Source: Candidatus Komeilibacteria bacterium S5_K13 (GTDB lineage: Bacteria; Patescibacteriota; Patescibacteriia; UBA1558; S5-K13). From it: a stretch of DNA of 51,538 nt. Where the stretch lies: positions 1 through 51,538 of the forward strand of contig JAEHGL010000003.1 in assembly GCA_019248485.1 (NCBI GenBank), in the 5' to 3' direction. Below are positions 17,020-25,499 of this stretch, piece by piece. Positions within the stretch are counted from its first letter, which is position 1. Every line of letters begins with the position of its first letter. A model generated the notes under the pieces. The model saw only the letters and a program-made list of their open reading frames with translations, searched no databases and was not told the DNA's origin. The position numbers were made by a program, and so were the translations under genes.

Positions 17020-18243
17020 TTAATTTATAAGTACTTTATTAGTAATAAATTTTTCCGGCAAAACAATTTTAGAAAAATATTCTTTTACCCCCTCTTCTGT
17101 TTGTTTAAAAAAATCTTTATTATTATTAAATATTATGCTTAAATCTTGTTCTCCAATATTTTTAAAAATTTCTATTAGCTCGTCATAAAAATTTAATTTC
17201 TGACAAACATCTTTAAATCTTGGTAAATTATTAAAAATATTTTCAACCCCTTCTTTTGTTTTTTCTTTTAAATTTTTAAATTCTCGTTTAAATATTTTTG
17301 CATCTTCATTAAATTTTTCTTCGCCATAACACTTCTCCCATTCAGGATTAACATCTTTTAAATCAATCCATCCCTTTTTATCTTTTGGTAAAAACTTTCT
17401 TAAAAAACTTATAATACTGTCATATGCCACTAAGTTTTTATAGGGTGGCTTACCATCTTCAAATAATTTTTCTATCGAATTCTTTTTAATTTGTCCGTCC
17501 TCATCTACAAATTGATTCCAATTTATCCCCCCATCATCATACATATTTTTGAACCCTAATAAGCGTTGGACCGATCTGTGATCAAACAACCAAGAAGAGC
17601 CTATCACTGCCTTAATTTGTGGATATTGATCTATAATTATTTCAGCAAGCTCACCTAGCCATTTACGAGCGTCTTTGATGCCGTTTTCATTTTTAAATGC
17701 CGAATCTAAATGAAGCATTATAAATTGGTCTGTATTCTTAAAGCCCTCTTTATTCATACCATCTCTCATTTCAGCATTTAAACCGTCATCTTCAGTTGAA
17801 ACATATTTCAATAATCCTATTTTATTTTTTGGTTCATGATTAATTTTTCCATATTCAGGAAACTCTTTTAGAGTGTCATCTTCCATTTTATTCAAATAGC
17901 CCGCGATAGAAACAATAAGATTCGAATCATCGTTTTTGTTTAATAAATATATTTCGTCAATTTTACTAGAACATTCTTTTAAAAACTTATCTTCTTCTAT
18001 CCTATACGTTCTTCTATCTAAATCTTTATTCTGTATATAAAAAATATCTTTTAGCTTTCCACTAATATTAGACCCAATTTTATCTAAAACCCCTAGAAAC
18101 CCCTCTTTAGAATTATTGCTTTCAAATATTTTTTTTGCATACAAAATCTGAACATTAGACAATTCTTCTTCTAATTGCTTGGCACGATCTTCAACATTTT
18201 CTGCCTCAATAGGACTAATGAATTGTTCTAATTTTTCTGACAT
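17020..18243 (-). CDS. Hypothetical protein, possible GNAT-like acyltransferase core
   Basis: 407-aa ORF; segment LHL...LGELAEIIIDQYPQIKAVIGSSWLF...LLGF resembles GNAT-like acyltransferases (weak, by eye). Confidence 0.6.
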   Translation of the reverse strand: MSEKLEQFISPIEAENVEDRAKQLEEELSNVQILYAKKIFESNNSKEGFLGVLDKIGSNISGKLKDIFYIQNKDLDRRTYRIEEDKFLKECSSKIDEIYLLNKNDDSNLIVSIAGYLNKMEDDTLKEFPEYGKINHEPKNKIGLLKYVSTEDDGLNAEMRDGMNKEGFKNTDQFIMLHLDSAFKNENGIKDARKWLGELAEIIIDQYPQIKAVIGSSWLFDHRSVQRLLGFKNMYDDGGINWNQFVDEDGQIKKNSIEKLFEDGKPPYKNLVAYDSIISFLRKFLPKDKKGWIDLKDVNPEWEKCYGEEKFNEDAKIFKREFKNLKEKTKEGVENIFNNLPRFKDVCQKLNFYDELIEIFKNIGEQDLSIIFNNNKDFFKQTEEGVKEYFSKIVLPEKFITNKVLIN

Positions 18244-19302
18244 TTATTTGTTATTTTTTATTACATCAATAATTTCTTCAGGTGTTATCCCAAGCGCTGG
18301 CTTATTATAAGTCTTAATTGGAATATTTAATCCATACAGATTTTCTTTTACAAGCTTTAATAATTGATTTTCCGCAGACTCTGTTACGATAATTTGTTTT
18401 ATTCCTTTTAGTTCTTTCTTTAATGCATCTACTGGAAATGGATTTAAAGTTATTGGCCTAAATAGTTTTACAGATTTTTTCTTGGTGTCTGAGAGCGCTT
18501 GCTTTACAGAAGAAGCAACTATTCCATGAGCCATTATAAGAGTATCTTTCACGGACTTATCATAAGAGAAAACTTCGTGCTCCTCTATCTCTTTTTTTAT
18601 TTTATTCCATTTTTCAATTAAGGCTTTATTATTATCAAAACACTCTTCTTCTACTGAATATGTATTTCTAAGATTTACATAATTTGATTCTTGACGATTG
18701 TTTCTCTTAAGGGATTTCAAAACTATTGGCTTACTTATTTCTAATTTTGTAGGCTTTTTTAATTCAACATTTGTTCTAGTCTTTAAAGTATAACCATCAG
18801 TAAGCACAAAAGTTGGAATCATATAGTGCCATGCTGTATTAAACGATTTAATTGTATAATCATATAATTCTTTTATGCTTGATGGTGAATAGACAATACG
18901 ATATCCCTCGCCATTTCCACCAAATGAAGTCAGAATTACCTCTTGCTGAGAATATATTACTGACGCAGTAGATGGTCCTCCACGCTGACCTATGATAGCA
19001 ACTATTGGCAACTGCATTGCTTCAGCCATTGAAAAAGCATCTTGCATTAATATGTTTCCAGGTCCTGCCGTTGCAGTAAATGCCTTGGTACCTGTAAGAA
19101 TCGCACCTATTGTTGCAAAACCCGCAGACATTTCATCTTCTGTTTGTAAAAAAATAAGTTTTTCTGGATTTGTTTCATAAGCGCTATCCCATCCTGACAT
19201 AATTTCTGTTGTTGGTGTAATGGGATAACCAAAAAAAGCTCGTGCTCCAGCATCAAGCGCCGCACGAACCACTACCTCATTTCCCGTTAAAAGTTCTTTC
19301 AT
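18244..19302 (-). CDS. 2-oxoacid:ferredoxin oxidoreductase alpha subunit (Vor/Kor-like)
   Basis: GNEVVVRAA; GYPITPTTEI; QTEDEMSA; TATAGPG; QRGGPST; LFRPITLNPFP. Confidence 0.94.
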   Translation of the reverse strand: MKELLTGNEVVVRAALDAGARAFFGYPITPTTEIMSGWDSAYETNPEKLIFLQTEDEMSAGFATIGAILTGTKAFTATAGPGNILMQDAFSMAEAMQLPIVAIIGQRGGPSTASVIYSQQEVILTSFGGNGEGYRIVYSPSSIKELYDYTIKSFNTAWHYMIPTFVLTDGYTLKTRTNVELKKPTKLEISKPIVLKSLKRNNRQESNYVNLRNTYSVEEECFDNNKALIEKWNKIKKEIEEHEVFSYDKSVKDTLIMAHGIVASSVKQALSDTKKKSVKLFRPITLNPFPVDALKKELKGIKQIIVTESAENQLLKLVKENLYGLNIPIKTYNKPALGITPEEIIDVIKNNK

Positions 19303-19324
19303 ATAATTAATATAAAATTATAAA

Positions 19325-20089
19325 TTAGTTATAAAGGATTTCTTCATCATCGTCATCTTCTAATTCCAGTTCCTTTAATTCTTCAAACTCTTCTACATCC
19401 TCTTTTGATTCCAACTTCTCTTTCTTTGATTTTGTTTTCTTTTCCTCTATAATAATTTCTTCTTCATTATCTTCATCATCTATAAAAACATCTTCTGCAA
19501 CATCATTTTCACCCTCTACATCGTCAACTACATCATCATCTGACTCTACTTCTATATGCAAATGAGGATGTGTAATATTTTCCTCTATCTCCTCTTCTTC
19601 AAAATCATCATTATTTTCTATTTCTTCATCTTCTATTTCGTCTTTGTCTTTTATATCTTTCTCATTTGTTTGATAAACATCATCTCTCGTATCAGTAAAT
19701 ACCTTTTTTCTGTACTCATCCATTTGAGTTTTCATTTCTCCAAGTTTCTTAAACAAATTAATGAGTATCAAAAATATCAAAACGACTGAAACAAGTAAAA
19801 TCCAAAAATGAATTTTGTTATAATCAAAATAATCTTCAAAATTGAACGAATTCTCTAGAGCGTTAGCATCTGTTATGTCATTCATATCCTCACCTAATTT
19901 TCCATCTTCCAACTTATTATAAAAATTTTCTATTTGGGCTGTAGTACTTGCATCTAATTCACTTGCCTCCAAATTTGCCTCACTATATGCAGCACCACAA
20001 TCAAATGTTATACCAAAAAACAAAGCTAGCAATAACGAGAAAATATATAATTTTATTTTATTTTTCATGTATTTACTTGTCCCGTCCAC
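19325..20089 (-). CDS. Hypothetical membrane protein with a strongly acidic C-terminal tail (start probably MKNK at 20068)
   Basis: Signal-like N-terminus, one TM helix (FWILLVSVVLIFLILINLF), then a D/E-rich tail. Confidence 0.75.
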   Translation of the reverse strand: MDGTSKYMKNKIKLYIFSLLLALFFGITFDCGAAYSEANLEASELDASTTAQIENFYNKLEDGKLGEDMNDITDANALENSFNFEDYFDYNKIHFWILLVSVVLIFLILINLFKKLGEMKTQMDEYRKKVFTDTRDDVYQTNEKDIKDKDEIEDEEIENNDDFEEEEIEENITHPHLHIEVESDDDVVDDVEGENDVAEDVFIDDEDNEEEIIIEEKKTKSKKEKLESKEDVEEFEELKELELEDDDDEEILYN

Positions 20090-20120
20090 GATATGCCACC
20101 ATGGCGTGTGAATAACGGGA
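20080..20120. repeat. GC-rich hairpin (REP-like) immediately after the ackA stop
   Basis: tcccgt...acggga outer arms with an inner tatgcca/tggcgtg stem. Confidence 0.5.
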
Positions 20121-21236
20121 TTATTTCTTTAAAGAAAGTGCCATATTTTTTTCTTCATCACAAAACACTACAATAATTTTTATTTTCTTAAAATAATGAT
20201 TATTCATAATTAAATTTCTTATATCACTATTTCTCTCCCCTATTCCACCTGAAAAAACAATTGCATCAATATTATCAAGTAATATCATATAAGAAGAAAT
20301 ATATCTCTGTATTCTATAAATAAACATTTTTAAAGCTAGTTTAGAAGCTTCTCTATTCTCTTTTGTTGCCTTAATAGAAGACTTGTATCCTGGTATTTTA
20401 TAACCATTTAAAATCATTACATCGCGAAGATCCTGGATCTGGCTTATTCCTTTTATTCCTGAATTAAAGTTTAATTCCCTAAAAATACTATCAATATCAT
20501 TTCCTTTTGAGGTCAAATATTTTACAATTGAAGCATCTATATCGCCACATCTTGTCATCATCATAAGTCCTGATAGCGGAGAGAAACCAAGAGATGTATC
20601 AATAGCCTTACCATTTTTTATAACTGATATACTAGCGCCCCCTCCCAAATGACAGGTAATGATATTAGTATGAGATATTTTTTTGTTTAACTCCTTAGCT
20701 GCAGCCGAAAGCATTCCTTGGTGAGAAAATCCATGAAAACCATATTTTCTTATTTCAGTATATTTGCTTAAATATTTTTCAGATATTGGATAAGTAAAAA
20801 CATATTTTTCTAAATCACAAAAAAACATTGTATCAAATACCCCAATGTGTTTTGCTTTTTTCCAAATATTTAAAGATAATTTTGCAACTTGCAAATTAAT
20901 TGGATTATGAAGTGGCGCTAAGTCATTATATTTTGAAATTTTTGAAATAATAGAAGAATTCAATATGGTTGGCTTTGTAAATTCTATTCCTCCATGAACA
21001 ATTCTATGAATAACAGTTACAATCCCCACTTTCAAATTATTATTTAAAAAATTATAAACAATATCTAATGCCTCTTTATGAGAAATGACTTGCTGACCCG
21101 ACTTTATTCCATTTAAATCAACTATAGAATTAACTTGACCTATTTTTTCTATTAAACCAAAATATATTTGATTTAATTTTTTATCATATAATTTAAATTT
21201 TAGCGATGTACTCCCACTATTTAAAACTAGTATCAT
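20121..21236 (-). CDS. ackA: Acetate kinase
   Basis: LVLNSGSTSLKF; HRIVHGG; LAPLHN; YGFHGFSH; CHLGGGAS; TRCGDID; FSGGIGE; DEE. Confidence 0.95.
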   Translation of the reverse strand: MILVLNSGSTSLKFKLYDKKLNQIYFGLIEKIGQVNSIVDLNGIKSGQQVISHKEALDIVYNFLNNNLKVGIVTVIHRIVHGGIEFTKPTILNSSIISKISKYNDLAPLHNPINLQVAKLSLNIWKKAKHIGVFDTMFFCDLEKYVFTYPISEKYLSKYTEIRKYGFHGFSHQGMLSAAAKELNKKISHTNIITCHLGGGASISVIKNGKAIDTSLGFSPLSGLMMMTRCGDIDASIVKYLTSKGNDIDSIFRELNFNSGIKGISQIQDLRDVMILNGYKIPGYKSSIKATKENREASKLALKMFIYRIQRYISSYMILLDNIDAIVFSGGIGERNSDIRNLIMNNHYFKKIKIIVVFCDEEKNMALSLKK

Positions 21237-21264
21237 ACTTTTATTCTATTAATCAATTATTTTA

Positions 21265-21846
21265 TTAATCTATTAATATTACCCCCTGCTCGCCCTGAGA
21301 TATTCCACAAGCATTTGCCTCATCCAAATCAATGTGTGCACGTGAATTAAATTTTTCATCAACTCTTACCATAACATTTTCAAATACAAGACCCCTTTCT
21401 CTACCAACTTTTAATCTAACAATATTACCATGCTCTATTCCTAAATTTTGAGCATCAGAACTAGAAATGTGAATATGTCTTTTTGCCACTATTACTCCAT
21501 ATTCTAAATTTACCTCATCAATAGGTCCAACCACCTTTACTCCTGGGGTATTTTCTAAGTCTCCTGAAAGTCTAACTGGAATTTCCATTCCCAATTTAAA
21601 GACATCTGACAACAATACTTCTATTTGAGTCTTTTCTCTCTCTGGCCCTATGATTCTTACTTCTTCTATAGATCCTTTTGGACCAACAATTTGAACGGTC
21701 TCTTCTGCGGCAAAATCATCTCCCTGAGAAAGCTTCTTTTCTTGAGTTAACTCATATCCTTCACCAAATAATTGTTCAACCAATTCACGGCTAGGATGTA
21801 TGTGTCTATTTGAATATTCTACCTGTATATTAAATTCTTTTGGCAT
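21265..21846 (-). CDS. pduL: PduL-type phosphate acyltransferase (phosphotransacylase)
   Basis: SNRHIH; GPKGSIEEVRIIGPER..TQIE; PVRLSGDL..TPG; AKRHIH; HIDLDEANA. Confidence 0.94.
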   Translation of the reverse strand: MPKEFNIQVEYSNRHIHPSRELVEQLFGEGYELTQEKKLSQGDDFAAEETVQIVGPKGSIEEVRIIGPEREKTQIEVLLSDVFKLGMEIPVRLSGDLENTPGVKVVGPIDEVNLEYGVIVAKRHIHISSSDAQNLGIEHGNIVRLKVGRERGLVFENVMVRVDEKFNSRAHIDLDEANACGISQGEQGVILID

Positions 21847-21868
21847 AATGATATTATCCTTTCTAAGA

Positions 21869-22888
21869 TTATATTTTAAATTTTTTTAATTGATTTCCAT
21901 TTAGCAATCCCACTTGTGCGCCAACCTTTGTAATCACCGTGCAGCTTCTTATCATAGCCAGTCTTAAACTTTTCTTAATATCGTAATTTAAGATAAGACC
22001 GGAGACAAAACTTGATCCAAATGCGTCTCCAGCGCCTGTTGTGTTTATACTTTTTACCTTTAGTATCTTTTCATGAGTTACCTCCTTACCATCATAAACA
22101 TATGCACCCTTATGACCACAGGTAATACTAACAATTTTAGGGCCCCAAGAATAAATAGTTTCTAATAAAATTTCTATTTCGTTGACTTTTTTAGAGTCTG
22201 ATCCACACAAAGCTCTTGCCTCTTCAAAATTAATATTAAAAAACTCTATTTGTTTTAGGTATTTTTTGAAATATTTACTACCCTTTTCTAACTGTAAAAC
22301 GCCTGGATTCCAGGCTATCTTGATTTTTTTCTTTTTTGCATATGTCAAAATAGTTTTGATATTTTTTTCAACTAGTGAATCTTTACCACTAAGGGACGCA
22401 ATATAAAACCATTTCGCATCAATACCTCTTAAATCTTGTGGCATAATACCCAAAAACGAATTAGCTCCACGATGCGTAAAAAGAACATGTTCATGATAAT
22501 TTCCATAATTTACAATAAAAGAAAATCCAGAATGTACTCCGGTAAAAATTTGTAAATTGTTTGTATTAATATTATTTTTCTTAAGCTCTTTTACTATAGA
22601 ACTAGCAAACCAATCATCTCCAAGACCTATAATAGATGACGTCTTCAAACCCATTAGAGAAAAACTGACGGCGGTATTCATCCCACCGCCACCAAACGTA
22701 AGGCTAACATCCTCTGAAGAAATCTTTGAACCATACTTAAAGGCCAAAAATTCTTCTAAGTTTTTACCATGTTTTATGAGTTTAGCGTCGCTAGTACAAT
22801 ACATTATATCCTGCGTTGCTCCACCAAATGTGATAACGTCAAATTTAGGCATAAATAATACAAAAAATGTTAATAAATTATTTATCAA
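21869..22888 (-). CDS. PfkB-family carbohydrate kinase (start probably MPKF near 22852)
   Basis: FGGGGMNTAV; NFEEA; ITCGHKGA; NTTGAGDAFGS. Confidence 0.9.
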   Translation of the reverse strand: MINNLLTFFVLFMPKFDVITFGGATQDIMYCTSDAKLIKHGKNLEEFLAFKYGSKISSEDVSLTFGGGGMNTAVSFSLMGLKTSSIIGLGDDWFASSIVKELKKNNINTNNLQIFTGVHSGFSFIVNYGNYHEHVLFTHRGANSFLGIMPQDLRGIDAKWFYIASLSGKDSLVEKNIKTILTYAKKKKIKIAWNPGVLQLEKGSKYFKKYLKQIEFFNINFEEARALCGSDSKKVNEIEILLETIYSWGPKIVSITCGHKGAYVYDGKEVTHEKILKVKSINTTGAGDAFGSSFVSGLILNYDIKKSLRLAMIRSCTVITKVGAQVGLLNGNQLKKFKI

Positions 22889-22974
22889 TACCTTATTATT
22901 ATATCAAAAATTGGACAATAAATAAAACAAGTAAAATTGTCTTTACTTGTCTATATAATAAGCCTAAAATTAGG

Positions 22975-23526
22975 TCAATTCTTTAAAAACCACTGCATCG
23001 TATAACCATTTGGAGCGTCACTTACAAAATCTTTGTTTGGACAAAATCCGGAGCCATGATTGCTATTTTCTGTTTCAAAAGAAGATACTTGAAATATGGC
23101 AAAGCTTTTCTCACAACCATATTCTCCAGCATTGAATTTATGGTATCTATAATAGTGTTTATGATCATTTAAGGGATCAAAAATAGGAGAATCAAAAATA
23201 CCTTTTTCAAACAAATTATATAAAACAAATTTTGATTCTTTTTTTAGCTTATATCCATAGTCCCAAGAATCCAAGCTAACATTCTCTGGTAATTTCTGAG
23301 CATCTAGTATATACATATTAACAACACTTCTTATAGTTGACATGTCTGCATTTCGCTTTAGATCTCTTATGTCTTTTAATTCTTTGTTCATATAAACACC
23401 CAAAACAATAGCCCATAACCCAATAAGAAAAACAAAAAATGTCGTCGTAGGTAAAGAATGTATATTTATTAATTTCATAATATTATTATATCTAAATATA
23501 TCTTTAAATACAAAACCCCTACTCAT
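22975..23526 (-). CDS. Pilin/pseudopilin-like (GspG-like) protein lacking a canonical prepilin site
   Basis: Hydrophobic helix followed by RDLKRNADMSTIRSVVNMY...LP, resembling the ARDAKR.AD...I..AL..Y....G.YP pattern; DPLN..YYRY; Cys pair. Start probably MKLI. Confidence 0.5.
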   Translation of the reverse strand: MSRGFVFKDIFRYNNIMKLINIHSLPTTTFFVFLIGLWAIVLGVYMNKELKDIRDLKRNADMSTIRSVVNMYILDAQKLPENVSLDSWDYGYKLKKESKFVLYNLFEKGIFDSPIFDPLNDHKHYYRYHKFNAGEYGCEKSFAIFQVSSFETENSNHGSGFCPNKDFVSDAPNGYTMQWFLKN

Positions 23527-23551
23527 AGATTTATGGGCTCTACATCAGAAT

Positions 23552-23586
23552 AAAAAATAAAGGTGCTCGATAAGGAACACCTTTAT
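23552..23586 (-). terminator. Rho-independent terminator after rplY
   Basis: ataaaggtg/cacctttat stem (23557-23586) with an A-run on its left, read as a U-tract on minus. Confidence 0.7.
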
Positions 23587-23607
23587 AATAAAATCTTTTA
23601 TGGAGGA

Positions 23608-24252
23608 TTACTTTTTTTCTTCTACTTTCTCTTCTACTTTTTCATCCTTAGGAGCCTCTGTACTAATTGGTGCTTCTACTACCTCTACTTTTTCCTCTTC
23701 ATAAGCAACAACTGATGCGATTGCCTGATCTTCTGGGTTTAGAATCTTAACACCTTTTGGAATTTTAATACTTGAAACAAAAATAATGTCATTAATATTT
23801 TCTAGTAGTGCTAAGTCTATTTCTATTTCATGAATCATATCTTCTGGAAGACACTCAACTTCTACGTGATCTAAGTCTTTGTTTAAAACAGCACCAAGCT
23901 CTTTTACGGCCTTTGACTCACCAACAAACTTTAATGGAATTTCTGATTTAAGTTTATGCGTTTTATTAAACTCATAAAAATCTGCATGAGTAATTTTGTT
24001 TGTTCTTGGGTCTTTGAAAACATCATGAACAAATACAGGAATTGTTTTATCTGCCAAACTAATGTTTAAAATAGTGCTTTCTCCTACTTTTGCAAATGCT
24101 TTTAAAAATTCTCCCATTTTAATTTTTATGGTCAAATTTTCTGTTTGAGGTCCATATATCACTCCTGATAAATATCCATCTTTAAGTAAATGCTTTGCCT
24201 TTTTGTCTGTTTTAATATCTCTTATTTCTGCTTTTAATGTTAGTTCTGTCAT
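23608..24252 (-). CDS. rplY: 50S ribosomal protein L25 (CTC/TL5 long form)
   Basis: LKAEIR...GVIYGP; DPRTNKITHADFY; IPLKFVGES.AVK.G; VECLPEDM...IEIDL; acidic tail. Confidence 0.95.
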   Translation of the reverse strand: MTELTLKAEIRDIKTDKKAKHLLKDGYLSGVIYGPQTENLTIKIKMGEFLKAFAKVGESTILNISLADKTIPVFVHDVFKDPRTNKITHADFYEFNKTHKLKSEIPLKFVGESKAVKELGAVLNKDLDHVEVECLPEDMIHEIEIDLALLENINDIIFVSSIKIPKGVKILNPEDQAIASVVAYEEEKVEVVEAPISTEAPKDEKVEEKVEEKK

Positions 24253-24255
24253 GTG

Positions 24256-24328
24256 ATTAGAGCTTAGGGATTAGGGTTTAGTATTAAGGGGCTATTTTCA
24301 AACCATTTAAAATCTAAAACTAATATCC
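24256..24328. repeat. 7-bp TTAG tandem repeat with CTAA arm in the rplY 5' UTR
   Basis: TTAG at 24257, 24264, 24271 and 24278, then aaatctaaaactaatatcc. Confidence 0.6.
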
Positions 24329-24352
24329 TTTTAATAATTATTAAGTTATATC

Positions 24353-24381
24353 ATTGTAAAACAAGTTTGATTTTATGTCAA
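24353..24381 (-). promoter_or_regulatory. Sigma70 promoter for rplY
   Basis: Minus strand TTGACA (24381-24376), 17-nt spacer, TACAAT (24358-24353). Confidence 0.8.
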
Positions 24382-24395
24382 GATAAATAAGATTT

Positions 24396-25496
24396 CTAAA
24401 ATTTGCCCAATTTTATAAGCACCCTCATCCTTTTCATCATTTCAAGATAAAATTCAATATTGTTTAGAGTAGAAAGACGTAGCGCGAGAGGGTCTTGAAC
24501 CTTAAATAAGTGATGTAAATATGCCTTTGAATAAATATTTAGCTCTTCTATTTTTGAGTCCTTATTAATCAAACTCTTGTCATTAGCAAATTTTGCATTT
24601 GTTATATTTATTGTTTTATAAAAATCTTTGTTTAAATTATCGCTTTTAAAAAAATACATTCTTCCATGTCTTGCCTCACGAGATGGAATAACACAATCAA
24701 ACATATCAACACCATTTTTTACAGCTTCAATAATATTTTCTGGATATCCTACGCCCATTAAATACCTTGGACTTTTCTCTGGCATTTCTTTTGTTATGTG
24801 AGATAAGACCTCATACATTTCTTCATTTGTCTCTCCCACCGCAAGTCCTCCTATTGCATATCCGTCAAAACCAATTTCAACTAATTCTTTCAAGCTTCTA
24901 GATCTTAACTCCTTGCTTAACCCGCCTTGAACTATCGCAAAAAGTAAATTTTTATTTTTTGGATCAAGGCGTTTCTTTGCTTTTTTACATTTATCTGCCC
25001 AGAGACTTGTTATCTCCAAGGCTTTCTCAAGCTTCTTTCTGTCGGACTTTGAGTCCATACAAACATCTAGCACCATTTGGATATCAGAGTCCAACACGTT
25101 TTGAGTTCTCATAACTGATTCTGGCGTAAAAAAATGACGTGACCCATCATAGGTGGATTGAAACTCAACGCCATTTATCATTAGCTTTCTTATCTTGGAA
25201 AGAGAAAAAACTTGAAATCCTCCCGAATCAGTAAGAATAGATTTTTTGTAGTTCATAAAATTTCCTACTGATCCAAACTTTTTTATTACATCAAGTCCTG
25301 GTTTAAGATATAAATGATAAGTGTTTCCTAAAATAATATCTGGATTTAATTTTTCTATATCTTTATAACTGAGAGATTTTATTACACCTCGTGTTGCAAT
25401 TGGCATAAAAACAGGCGTGTGTATTTCGCCTGATTTTGTTTTAAGTATCCCAAGTCTTGCTCTACTAATTTTTGATTTTTTTAAAATTTTGTACAT
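24396..25496 (-). CDS. tgt: tRNA-guanine transglycosylase (zinc ligands absent)
   Basis: TPVFMPIAT; LGNTYHL; LTDSGGFQVFSL; QGG; GGLAVGE; YLMGVG; DMFDCV; YSKAYLHHL. Confidence 0.96.
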   Translation of the reverse strand: MYKILKKSKISRARLGILKTKSGEIHTPVFMPIATRGVIKSLSYKDIEKLNPDIILGNTYHLYLKPGLDVIKKFGSVGNFMNYKKSILTDSGGFQVFSLSKIRKLMINGVEFQSTYDGSRHFFTPESVMRTQNVLDSDIQMVLDVCMDSKSDRKKLEKALEITSLWADKCKKAKKRLDPKNKNLLFAIVQGGLSKELRSRSLKELVEIGFDGYAIGGLAVGETNEEMYEVLSHITKEMPEKSPRYLMGVGYPENIIEAVKNGVDMFDCVIPSREARHGRMYFFKSDNLNKDFYKTINITNAKFANDKSLINKDSKIEELNIYSKAYLHHLFKVQDPLALRLSTLNNIEFYLEMMKRMRVLIKLGKF

Positions 25497-25499
25497 ATT

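Noticed and set aside
22927-22950. Perfect 9-bp inverted repeat acaagtaaa-N6-tttacttgt upstream of pfkB
   Set aside because: AT-rich and single-copy; it cannot be distinguished between operator, weak terminator and chance.
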